NCBI GenBank assembly: GCA_009914755.4
Contig: CP068257.2
Span: 2,112,001-2,176,000, forward strand
Length of the DNA stretch: 64,000 nucleotides
Direction: 5' to 3'
Source of the DNA: the human T2T-CHM13v2.0 reference genome, Homo sapiens
Shown: positions 1 through 13,100 of the stretch, one piece after another
Layout: every line of letters begins with the position of its first letter
Position numbering within the stretch: position 1 is the stretch's first letter
Made by a program: the position numbers and the translations under genes
The notes under the pieces: generated by a model
Seen by the model: the letters and a program-made list of their open reading frames with translations, nothing else
Told to the model about the DNA's origin: nothing
Databases searched by the model: none

Positions 1-1161
1 GAATGGAGTGGAATGGACTGGAGTCGACTAGAATGGAGTTGAGTGGAATGGAATGGAGTTGAGTGGAGTGGAATGGAATGGAGTGGAGTGGAGTGGAGTG
101 GAATGGAATAGAGTGGAGTGGAGTGGAGTGAAATGGAGTTGAATGGAATGGAATGGAATGAAATGGATACTTAGACTGTGCCACTGTGCTACAGCCTATG
201 TGACAGTAGGGGAACCTGTCAAAAGAAAGGAGTGGAATGGGAAGGAGTGTAGTGGAGTGTTGTGGAGTGGAGTGGAGTGGAATTGGAGATTAATGTAACG
301 GAGTGGAGTGGAATGGAATGGAATGGAGTGGAGTGGAATGGATTGGAGTGGAGTGGGGTGGAGAGCAGTGCAATGGAGTGGAGTGGAATGGAATGGAATG
401 GAATGTAGTGGACTGGAATGGAATGGAGTTGCGTGGAGTGGAGTTCAGTGGAATTGAATGGAATGGAATGGAACTGAGTGGAATGGAATGGAATGGAATT
501 GGTGCTGAGATTGTGCCACTGCTCTACAGCCTGTGTGATAGAGGGAGATTCTGTCGAAAGAAATAATTCTAATGGGAAGAAGTGGAGTGGATTGGAGTTG
601 AGTGGAATGGAATGGAATTGACTGAAGTGAAATGGAATGGAATGAATGGTAAAGGAATAGAATGGAGTGGAGTGTGGTGGAATGGAATGGAGTGTAGTGA
701 AGTGCAGTGCAGTTGAGTGGAATGGAATGGAGTGGAGTGAAATGGAGTGGAAAGGAGTTGAGTGCAATTTACTTGAAAGGAGTGGAATGGAATGGAGTGG
801 AATGGAAACACAAGGAGTTGAATGGCGTGTAGTGGAGTGGAGTGGAGTGGAGTGGAATGGAATAGAGTGGAGTGGAGTGGAGTGAAATGGAGTGGAATGG
901 AATGGAATGGAATGAAATGGATACTTAGATTTTGCCACTGCACTACAGCCTGTGTGACAGAGGGAGATCCTGTCAAAAGAAAGAATTGTAATAGGAAGGA
1001 GTGGAGTGGATTGGAGTTGAGTGAAATGGAGTGGAATGGAACGGAGTGGAGTGGAGTGGAGTTGAATGGAATGGGGTGGAGTGGAATGGAGTTGAGTGGA
1101 ATGGAGTGGAATGGAATCTGATGGAATGGAATGGAATGGAATGGAATGGAATGGAATGGAA

Positions 1162-4100
1162 TGGATTATGGTGGAGTGGAGTGGATTGGAGTGGACTAGA
1201 ATGGATTGGAGTGCAATGAAATGGGATGGAATGGAATGCCATCGAGTGCAGTGGAGTGGAGTGGACTGGAGTGGCGGAGAGTGGAACGGAGTCGAGTGGA
1301 ATAGAATGGAGTGGAATAGAATGGAATGGAATGCAATGGAATGGAATGCAAAGGAATGGAATGCAATGGAATAGAATGGAATGGAATGGTGAAATGAAAT
1401 GTGAGCCGAATTTGTGCCACAGCAAGCCAGCCTGGGTGACAGAGTGAGATGCTGTTGAAAGAAAGAAATGGAATGGAATGGAGTGGAGTGGAGCGGTGTG
1501 GAGTGGAGTGGTGTGGAGTGGAATGGAATGGGATGGACTGTAATGGAATGGAGTGCAGTGGAGTGGAGTGGCAGAGAGTGGAATGGAGTCACGTGGAATG
1601 GAATGGAATGGAATGGAGTGGAATGGAGTGGAATAGAATGGAAAGGAGTGGAGTGCAGTGGAGTGGAGTGGAGTAAAGTGCAGTGGAGTGGAGTGGAGTG
1701 GAATGGAATGGAATGGATTAGTGAAATGAAATGTAAGCTGAGATTCTGCCACAGTACTCCAGAAAGGGCGACAGAGTGACATCCTGTCGAATGTAAGGAA
1801 AGTAATTGAGTGGATTGGAATGGAATGGAGTGTAGTGGAGTGGATAGGAGTGTAGTGGAGTGGAATGGAGTGGAGAGGAATGGAATGGAAGGGAGTGGAG
1901 AGGAGTGAACGGGAGTGTAGAGGAATGTAATGGGATGGAATCCAATGGAATGAAATGGAGGGGAGTGGAGTGGAGTGTTGGGGAGAGGAATGGAGTGGTA
2001 TGGAATTGGATGGAATTGAATGTAGTGGAGTGGAGTGGCATGGAGAGGAGTGGAGTAGACTGGAGTGGAATGGCACGAAATTGAATGGAGTGGAGCCGAG
2101 TGGAGTGGAGTGGAGTGCAGTGGAGTGGAATGGAATATAGTGGAATGGAAATGAATGGAATGGAAAGGAATGTAATGGAATAGAGATGAATGATGAAATG
2201 AAATATGAGCTGAGATTGTAACACTGCACTCCAGCCAGTGTGACAGAGTGAAATACTGTCGAAAGAAAGGAATGGAATGGACAGGTGAAGAATGGAATGG
2301 AATGGAATGGAGTGGAGTGGAGTGCATTATATTGGATTGGAGTGGAATGGAAAGGGATGGAATGGGATGGAGTGGAGTGGAGTGGAGTTGAATGGAACGG
2401 TGTTGTATGGAATGGAATGGAATGGAATTGAATGGAATGCAGTGGAGTAGAGTGGAGTGGAATTCGCAGGAGTGGAATGGAAAGGCATGGAATGGAATTG
2501 AATGCGTTGCAATGGAATGGAATGCAATGGAATGGAATGGAATGCAATGGAATGGAATGGTGAAATGAAATGTGAGCTGAGATACTACCACTGCACTCCA
2601 GCCTGGGTGACACAGTGAGATCCTCTCAAAAGAGAGGAGAGGAATGGAATGGAATGGAGTGAAATGTAATGGAATGGAATGGAATGAAATGGAATGGAAT
2701 GGAATGGCATGGAATGGAATGGAGTGGAGTGGAGTGGAATGAAATAGAATGGAGTGGAATGGAATGGGATGGAGTGGAAAGAATGGAGTGGAGGTGAGTG
2801 GAGTGGACGGGAGTGGAGTGGAGAGAAATGGAGTGAAATGGAATGGGATGGAATGGAATGGAGTGGAGTGGATTGGAGTGAAGTGGAGTGGAGTGGAGTG
2901 GAGTTGACTGGAGTGGAGTGGAATGGAGTGGAATGCAATGGAATGGAATGGTATGGAATGGAACGGGGGAGGGGAGTGGAGTGGAGTGGAGTGGAATTGA
3001 GTGTAGTGGCACGGAATGGAATGGAAAGGAAAGGAATACAATGGAATGGTGAAATGAAATGTGAGCTGAGATTGTGCCCCTGTATTCCAGCCTTTTTTGA
3101 CACAGTGATATCCCGTCGAAAGGAGGGAATGGAATGGAATGCGGTGGAATGGAATGTGATGGAATTGAATGAAATGGAATGGAATGGGGTTTAATGGAAT
3201 GGAATGGAATGGAATGGAATGGAATGGAATGGAATGGAGAAATTAAATGTGAGCTAAGATTGTGCCACTGCACTCCAGTCTGGGTGACAGAGTGAGATCC
3301 ATTTCGAAATAATGGAATGGAATGGAATGGAGTAGAGTGGAATGACTGCAGCGGCGTGGAATGGAGTGGAGTGGCGTGGAGTGAAGTTGAGTGGAGTGGA
3401 GTGGAATGGAATTTAGGGGAATGGAATGGAATGGTGAAATGAAATGTGAGCTGGGATTTTGTAATTGCACTCCATTTTGGGTGACAGAGTGAGATCCTGT
3501 CGAAAGAAAATAATGGAATGAAATGGAGTGGAAAAGAATGGAATAGAATGGAGTGGAGTGGAGTGGAGTGGAGTGGAGTGGAATGGAATTTAGGGGAATG
3601 GAATGGAATGGAAGGGTAGGGAAGGGAATGGAATGGAAGGGAAGGGAATGGGGAAATGAAATGTGAGCTGACATTGTGGCACTGCACTCCAGCCTGGGTG
3701 ACAGAGTGAGATCCTGTCGAAAGAAAATATTGGAATGGAATGGAGTGCAATGTAATGGAATAGAGTAAAGTGGAGTGGAAAGGAGTGGGATGGAATGTGA
3801 TGGAATGAAATGGAGTGGAGTGGAGTAGAGTGAAACGGAATGGAGTGGAGTGCAGTGGAGTGGAGTGGAATTCATTGGAACGGAATGGAATGGAATGGAA
3901 AGGAATGTAACAGGTGCTGAGATTGTACTACTGTGCTACAGCCTGTGTGACAGAGGCAGATCCTGTCGAAAGATAGGCGTGGAATGGGTTGGAGCAGAGT
4001 GGAGTGGAGTCGAAGGGAGTGGAGTGGAGTGGACTGGAGTGGAATGGAATGGAGTGGAGTGGAATGGAATGGACTGGAGTGGAGTGGAATGGAATGAAGT

Positions 4101-7100
4101 GGAGTGGAATGGACTGGAGTGGAATGGAATGGAAAGAAGTGGAATGGAATGGAGTGGAGTGGAGTGGAATGGAGTGGAATGGAGTGGAGTGGAATGGAGT
4201 GGAGTGGAGTATAGTGGAGTGGAATGGAGTGGAGAGGAGTGCAGTGGAGTGGAATGGAGTGGAGTGGAGTGGTGTGGAGTGGAATGGAGTGGAGTGGAAT
4301 GGAATGGAATGCAATGCAATGCAGTGGAGTGGAGTGGAATGGAGTGGCGTGGAATGTAATGGAGTGGAGTGGAATGGAATGGACTGGAGTGGAGTGGAAT
4401 GGAATGGAGTGGAGTCGAATGGAATGGAGTGGAGTGGAATGGACTGGAGTGGAATGGAATGGAATGGAGTGAACGGAATGGAGTGGAGTGAAGTGGAGTG
4501 GAATGGATTGGAATGGAATGGAATGGAATGGAATTAAGTGGAGTGGAGCAGAGTGGAGTGGAAAGGAATGGAATGGAGTGGAATGGAGTGCAGTGAAGTG
4601 GAGAGAAGTGCAATGTAGTGAAATGGAATCGGATGTAATGGAATGTAGTACTGTGGAATGGAGTGAAGTGGAGCGAAATGGAATGGAACGGGACAGAACG
4701 GAATGGAACGGAACGGAATGGGTGCTGAGATTGTGCCACTGCACTACAGCCTGTGTGAAAGAGATACTTTAGAAAGAAAGGAGTGGAATGGGATAGAGGG
4801 GAGTGGAGTTTAGTGGAGGGGAATGGAGTGGAGTGGAATGGAGTGGAATGGAGTGGAGTGGAGTGAAATGGAGTGGAGTGGAGTGAAATGGAGTGAAGTG
4901 GAGTGGAATGGAGTGGAGTGGAATGGAGTGGAGTGGAGTGGAATTCAGTGGAATGGAGTGGAGTAGAATGGAATGCAATGGGATGGAATGGAATGGAATG
5001 GAATGGAGTCGTCTGGATTGGTGTGGAGTGGAGTGAAGTGGATTGAAGTGGAATGGAGCGGAATGGAATGGGATGGAATGGAATGGAATGAAGTGGAGTG
5101 GAGTGGGGCGGAGTGGAGTGCAGTGGAATGGAGCGGAATGGAATGGGACGGAGTGGAGAGGAGTGGAGCGCAGTAGAGTGAATAGGAGTGGAATGGAGTG
5201 GAATGGAAACGAATGTAATGGAATGTAGTGGAGTGGAGTGGAACGGAGTGGGATGGAATTGAATTGAATGGAATGGAATGGAATGGAATGGAATGCACTG
5301 GAATGCAATGGAATAGAATGCAATGAAATGGAAAGTTGACATGCAATGTGAGCTGAGATTGTGCCACTGTACTCCAGCCTCAGTGACACAATGATACCCT
5401 GTCAAAAGAAAGGAATGGAATGCAATGGAGTGAAATGGAATGTAATGGAGTGGAGTGGAGTGGAGTGGATTCGAGTGGAATGGAGTCGAATGGAATGGGA
5501 TGGAGTGGAATGGAGTGGAGTGGAGTGGAGTGGAGTGGAGTGAAATAGAGTGGAATGGAGTGGGATAGAATGGAATACAGTGGAATGGTGAAAAGAAATG
5601 TGAGCTGAGATTGTGCCACTGCACTCCAGTCTTTGTGACAGAGTGAGATCTTGTGGAAAAAAAGGAATAGAATGGAATAAAGAGGAATGGAATGGAAGGG
5701 AATGGAATGGAATGGAAGGGAGTGGATTGGAGTCGAGTGGAATGGAGTGGAATGGAATGTGATGGAATGGAATGGCAAGGATTATGGTGGAGTGGAGTGG
5801 ATTGGAGTGGAGTAGAGTGGAATGGAGTGGAATGAAATGGGATGGAATGGAATGCCATCGAGTGCAGTGGAGTGGAGAGGACTGGAGTGGCGGAGAGTGG
5901 AATGGAGTCGAGTGGAATAGAATGGAGTGGAATAGAATGGAATGGAATGCAATGGAATGGAATGCAAAGGAATGGAATGCAATGGAATAGAATGGAATAG
6001 AATGGAATAGAATGGTGAAATGAAATGTGAGCTGAATTTGTGCCACTGCACGCCAGCCTGGGTGACAGAGTGAGATGCTGTCGATAAAAGAAATGGAATG
6101 GAATGGAGTGGAGTGGAGCGGTGTGGAGTGGAGTGGTGTGGAGTGGAATGGAATGGGATGGACTGTAATGGAATGGAATGCAGTGGAGTGGCAGAGAGTG
6201 GAATGGAGTCGAGTGGAATGGAATGGAATGGAATGGAATGGAATGGAGTGGAATGGAGTGGAATGGAATGGAAATGAGTGGAGTAGAGTGGATTGCAGTG
6301 GAGTGGAGTGGAGTGTAATGGAATGGAATGGAATGGATTAGCGAAATGAAATGTAAGCTGAGATTCTGCCACTGTACTCCAGAATGGGTGACAGAGTGAC
6401 ATCCTGCCGAATTTAAGGAATGGAATGGAGTGGAGTGGAATGGAATGGAATGTAGTGGAGTGGATAGGAGTGGAATGGAGTGGAGAGGAATGGAATGGAA
6501 GGGAGTGGAGAGGAGTGGATGGGAGTGGAGTGGAATGGAATGGAATGGGATGAAATCCAATGGAATGAAATGGAGGGGAGTGGAGTGTTGGGGTGGAGTG
6601 GAATGGTATGGAATTGGATGGAATAGAATATAGTGGAGTGGAGTGGGATGGGGAGGAGTGGAGTAGAGTGGAGTGGAATGGAACGAAATTGAATGGAGTG
6701 GAGATGAGTGGAGTGGAGTGGAGTGGAGTGCAGTGGAGTGGAATGGAATATAGTGGAATGGAAATGAATGGAATGGAAAGGAATGTAACGGAATAGAATA
6801 GAATGATGAAATGAAATATGAACTGAGATTGTAACACTGCACTCCAGCTAGTGTGACAGAGTGAAATATTGTCGAAAGAAAGGAATGGAATGGACAGGTG
6901 TAGAATGGAATGGAATGGAGTGGAGTGGAGTGGATTATAGTGGAATGGAGTGGAATGGAATGGGATGGAATGTGATGGAATGGGATGGAGTGGAGTGGAA
7001 TGGAACGGTATGGTATGGTATGGAATGGAACGGAATGGAATGGAATGGAATGGAATGGAATGGAATGGAATGGAATGCAGTGGAGTGGAGTGGAGTGGAG

Positions 7101-10100
7101 TGGAGTTCGCAGGAGTTGAATGGAATGGGACGGAATGGAATTGAATGCATTGCAATGGAATGGAATGGAATGGAATGCAATGGAATGGAATGGAATGCAA
7201 TGGAATGGAATGGAATGGAATGCAATGGAATGGAATGGAATGGAATGGAATGGAATGGAATGGAATGGAATGGAATGGAATGGTGAAATGAAATGTGATC
7301 TGAGATACTGCCACTGCACTCCAGCCTGGGTGACAGAGTGAGATCCTCTCGAAAGAGAGGAATGGAATGGAATGGAGTGAAATGGAATGGAATGGAATGA
7401 AATGGAATGGAGTGGAGTGCAGTGGAGTGGAATGGAATAGAAAGGAGTGGAATGGAATGGGATGGAGTGGAAGTAATGGAGTGGAGGTGAGTAGAGTGGA
7501 GTGGATGGGAGTGGAGTGGAGAGAAATGGAGTGAAATGGAATGGGATGGAATGGAATGGAGTGGAGTGGATTGGAGTGAAGTGGAGTGGAGTGGAGTTGA
7601 TTGGAGTGGAGTGGAATGGAGTGGAATGCAATGGAATGGAATGGTATGGAATGGAATGGGGGAGGGGAAGGGAGTGGAGTGGAGTGGAATTGAGTGTAGT
7701 GGCACGGAATGGAATGGAAAGGAAAGGAATACAATGGAATGGTGAAATGAAATGTGAGCTGAGATTGTGCCCCTGTATTCCAGCCTTTTTTGAAACAGTG
7801 ATATCCCGTCGAAAGGAGGGATTGGAATGGAATGGGGTGGAATGGAATGGAATGCAATGGAATGGGGTTTCATGGAATGGAATGGAATGGAATGGAATGG
7901 AATGGAATGGAATGGAGACATTAAATGTGATCTAAGTTTGTGCCACTGCACTCCAGTCTGGGTTACAGAGTGAGATCCATTTCGAAATAAAGGAATGGAA
8001 TGGAATGGAGTAGAATGGAATGGCTGGAGTGGCGTGGAGTGGAGTGGAGTGGCGTGGAGTGAAGTTGAGTGGAGTGGAGTGGAATGGAATTTAGGGGAAT
8101 GGAATGGAATGGAATGGTGAAATGAAATGTGAGCTGGGATTTTGTAATTGCACTCCATTTTGGGTGACAGAGTGAGATCCTGTAGAAAGAAAATATTGGA
8201 ATGGAATGGAGTGGAAAAGAATGGAATAGAATGGAGTGAAGTGGAGTGGAGTGGAATGGAATGGAACGGAATGGAATGGAATGGAAGGGAAGGGTAGGGA
8301 ATGGAAGGGAAGGGAATGGGGAAATGAAATGTGACCTGACATTGTGGCACTGCACTCCAGCCTGGGTGACAGAGTGAGATCCTGTCGAAAGAAAATATTG
8401 GAATGGAGTGCAATGTAATGGAATAGAGTAAAGTGGAGTGGAAAGGAGTGGGATGGAATGTGATGGAATGAAATGGAGTGGAGTGGAGTGGAGTATAGTG
8501 CAAAGGAATGGAGTGGAGTGGAGTGGAGTGGAAAGGAATGGAGAGGAGTGGATTGGAATGGAATGGAATGGAATCGAATCGAATGGAATGCTGAAAATAA
8601 ATATGTGTTGAGATTGTGCCACTGTGCTACAGGCTGTGTGACAGAGGGAGATCCTGTCGAAAGAAAGGAGTGGAATGGAAGGGATTGGAATGGAATGGAA
8701 ACGAATGGAATGTAATGGAATGGAAGGGAATGGAATGGAAGGGAAGGGAATGGGGAAATGAAATGTGAGCTGACAGTGTGGCACTGCACTCCAGCCTGGG
8801 TGACAGAGTGAGATCCTGTTGAAAGAATATATTGGAATGGAATGGAGTGCAATGGAATGGAATAGAGTGGAGTGGTTTGGAAAGGAGGGGAATGGAATGG
8901 GATGGAATGAAATGGAGAGAAGTAGAGTGGAACGGAATGGAGTGGAGTGGAGTGGAGTGGAAAGGAATGGAGAGGAGTGGAGTGGAATGGAATGGAATGG
9001 AATGGAATGGAGTGGAATGGATTGGAATGGAATGGAATGGTGAAAAGAAATATGTGTTGAGATTGTGCCACAGCGCTACAGGCTGTGTGAGAGAGGGAGA
9101 TCCTGTCGAAAGAAAGGAGTGGAATGGAAGGGATTGGAATGGAATGGAATAGAATGGATAAGAGCAGAGTGGATTGGAATGGAGTGGAGTGGAGTGCAGT
9201 GGAATGGAATGGCATGGAATGGAATGGAATGGTGAAATGAAATGTGAGCTGAGATTGTTCACTGCACTCCAGCATGGGTGACAGAGTAAGATCCTGTCAA
9301 AAGAAAGGAATGGAAAGGAATGGATTTAGAATGGAATGGAATGGAATGGAAAGGAAAGGAATGGAATGGAGTTGAATGGAGTGGAGTGGAATGGAGTGGA
9401 GTGGAGTGGAAATGATTGAAATGGAATTGGATGGCATGGAAAGGAGTGGAGTGGACTGGCATGGAGTGGAGTAGAGTGGAGTGGACCGGATTGGAGTGGA
9501 GTGGAGTGGAATGGATTGGAGTGGAGTAGAGTGGAGTGGAGTGGAGTGGAATGGAATGGAATGGAATGGAATGGAATGGAATAGAAAAGAATCAATGGAA
9601 TAGTGAAATGAAATGTGAGCTGAGATTGTGCCACTGCACTCCAGGCTGGGTGACAGAGTGAGATACTCTCAAAATAAAATAATGGAATGGAAGACAGTGG
9701 AATGGAATGGAATGGAATGGAATCTAATGGAATGGAATGGAATGGAATGGAAAGCAATGGATTGGAATGGAATGGAGTGGACTGGAGTGCAGTGGAGTGA
9801 AGAGGAGTGGAGAGGGGTGGAGTGGAATGCAGTGGAATGGAGCAGAAAGAAATGGGATGTAGTGGAATGGAGTGGAGTGGAGTGGAATGGAATACAATGG
9901 ACTGCAATGCAATAGATTGCAATGCAAAGGAAAGTTGACATGTAATGTTAGCTGAGATTGTGCCACTGCACTCCAGCCTGTGTGACAGAGTGATATCCTG
10001 TGAAAGAAAGGAATGCAATGCAATGGAGTGAAAAGTAATGTAATGGGATGGAATGGAGTGGAGGAGAGTGGAGTGGAGCGGAGTGAAATGGAGTCGAATG

Positions 10101-13100
10101 GAATGGGAAGCAGTGGAATGGAATGGAGTGGAGTTAAGTGGCGTGAAATAGGGTGGAATGGAATGGAATGGAATGGAAAGGAATGCAATGGAATGGTGAA
10201 ATGAAAAGTGAGCTGAGATTGTGCCACTGCACTCCATGCTTTGTGACAGAGTGAGATCCTGTGGAAAGAAAGTAATGGAAAGGAATAGAGTATAATAGAA
10301 TGGAGTGAAGTGGAGTGGAGTGGTGTGGAGTGCAGTGGAGTCAACTGGAATGGAGTGGAATGGAATGGGATGGAATGGAATGTCATGGAGTGCAGTGGAG
10401 TGGATTGAAGTGGAGTAGAGTGGAATGGAGTGGAAAGAAATGGGATGGAATGGAATATCATGGAGTGGAGTGGAGTAGACTGGATTGGAGTGGAGTAGAG
10501 TGGAAAGCAGTTGAGTGGAATGGAATGGAATGGAATGGAATGGAATACAGTGGAATGCAATGGAATGGAATGCAATGGAATAAAATGAAATGGAATGGTG
10601 AAATGAAATGTGAGCCTAGTTAGTGCCACTGCATGCCAGCCTGGGTAACAGAGTGAGATGCTGTCAAAAGAAAGGAATGGAATGGAATTCACTGGAGTGG
10701 AGCAGAGTGGAGTGGAGTGGTGTGTAGTGGAATGGAGTGGATTGGAATGCCATGCAGTGGATTGCAATGGAGTGCAGTGGAGTCAAGTGGACTGGAGTGG
10801 AATTGAGTGGAATGGAATGAGAAGGAATGGAATGGAGTGGAGTGGAGGGAATGGAGTTCACTGGAATGGAATGGAGTGGAATGGAATGGAATGCAATGGA
10901 GTGGATTGGATTTCAGTGGAGTGGAGTGGAGTGGACTGGAATGGAATGGAATGGAATGGAATGGAATAGTGAAATGAAATGTAAGCTGAGATTCTACCAC
11001 TGCACTCCAGACTGGGTGACAGAGTGACATCCTGTCGAATGTAAGGAATGGAAGGGAAAGAAGTGGAATGGAATGGAATGGAATGGAATGTAGTGGAGTG
11101 GAGTGGAGTGGAATGAAATGGACTGGAAAGAAATTGAATGGAATGGAGTGTAGGGGAGTTGAAAGGAGCAGAGTGGAATGGAATGGAAGGGGATGGAAAA
11201 GAATGGAATGAAATTGATGGGAGTAGAGTGGAATGGTGGGGAGAGGAGTGGAGTGGTATGGAATTGAATGGAGTGGAGTGGAGAGGAGTGGAGTAGAGTG
11301 GACTGGAATGGAAAGGAATGGGGTCGAGTGGAGTGGAGTGGAGTGCAGTAGAGTGGAATGGAAGGTAGTGGAATGGAATTGAATGGAATGGAAAGGAATG
11401 GAATGGAATAGAATGGAATGATGAAATGGAATATGAGTTGAGATTGTACCACTGCACTCCAGCGTGGGTGACAGAGTGAAATCCTGTTGAAAGAAAGGAA
11501 TGGAATGGGAAGGAGTGGAATGGAATGGAAGGGAATGGAATGGAGTGCAGTGGAGTGGAGTGGAGTGGAGTGGAGTGCAGTATAGTGGAATGCAATGGGA
11601 TGGAATGGAATGGAGTGGAGTGGAGTGGATTGGAGTGAAGCAGAGTGGAATGGAATGGAATGGAATGGAATGGAATGGAATGGAATGGAATAGAATGGAA
11701 TGGAATGGAATGGATTGGAATAGAATGGAATGGAAAGCAGTGGCATGGAGTGGAATGGAGTGAAGTGGAGTGGAGTGGAATTGAATGGAGTGTAGCGGAG
11801 TGGAGTGGAGTGGAATTGAATGGAGTGGAAAGGAATGGAATGGAGTGTAGCGGAGTGGAGAGGAGTGAAGTGGAATGGAATGGAGTGGGATGGAATCTAT
11901 TGGAATGAAGTGGAGTTTAGTGGAGAGGAGTGGTGGGAAGTGTAGTGGAGTAGAATGAAATTGGATGGAATTGAATGGATTGGAGTGGAGTGACGTGGAG
12001 AGGAGTGGAGAAGAGTGGAGTGGAATGGCATGCAATGAAATGGAATAGAGTGCAGTGGAGTGGAGTGGAGTGGAATGGAATGTAGTGGAAATGGATTGAA
12101 CGGAATGGAAAGGAATGGAATAGAATAGAATGGAATGGTGAAATGAAATATCAGCTGAGATTGTTCCACTGCACTCCAACATGTGTGACAGAGTGAAATC
12201 CTGTTGAAAGAAAGGAATGGAATGGAAAGGAGTGGAATGAATGAAACGGAATTGAGTGGAGTGGAGAGAAGTGGAGTACATTGGAGTACATTGGAATGAA
12301 ATGGGATAGAATGGAATGGAGTGAAGTGAAGTGGAGTGGAGTGGAGTGGAATGGAATGGAATGGAATGCAGAGGAGTGGAGTTCACTGGAGTGGAATGGA
12401 ACACGATGGAATGGTATTGAATGGAATGGAATGGAATGCAATGGAGTGCAATGGAATGCAATGGAATGGGATGCAATGGAATGGAATCGAATGGTGAAAT
12501 TAAATGTAAGCTGAGATAGTGCCACTACATCCAGGTCTGGGTGACAGAGATCCTGTCGAAAGAAAGGAATGGAATGGAATGGAGTGAAAAGGAATGGAAT
12601 GGAATGGAGTGGAATGGAATGGAATGGAGTGGAGTGTAGTGGAGTGGAATGGAGTGGAATCGAATGGGATGGAGTGGAATGGAATGGAATGGAGTGGAGT
12701 GGAGAAGAATGGAGTGAAAAGAAATGGGATGGAATGGAATGGAGTGGAGTGGAGTGGAATGGAGTGTAGTGGTGTGGAGTGGAGTTGATTAGAGTGTAGT
12801 GGAATGGACTGGAGTGGAGTGCAGTGGAATGGAGTGGAGTGGAATGGAAGGGAATGGAATGCAATGTAATGGTGAAATGAAATGTGAGATGAGATTGTGC
12901 AATTGTATTCCAGCCTTTTTTGACACAGTGAGATCCCATCAAAAGAAAGGGATGGCATAAAGTGGAGTAGAATAGAATGGAGTGGAATGGATTGGAGTGG
13001 GCTGGATTGGAGTGGAGTGCAGTGCAGTCGAGTGGAAAGGAGTGGAATGGAATGGGATGCAATGGAATGACATGGAGTGGAGTGGAGTGGAGTGAATTGG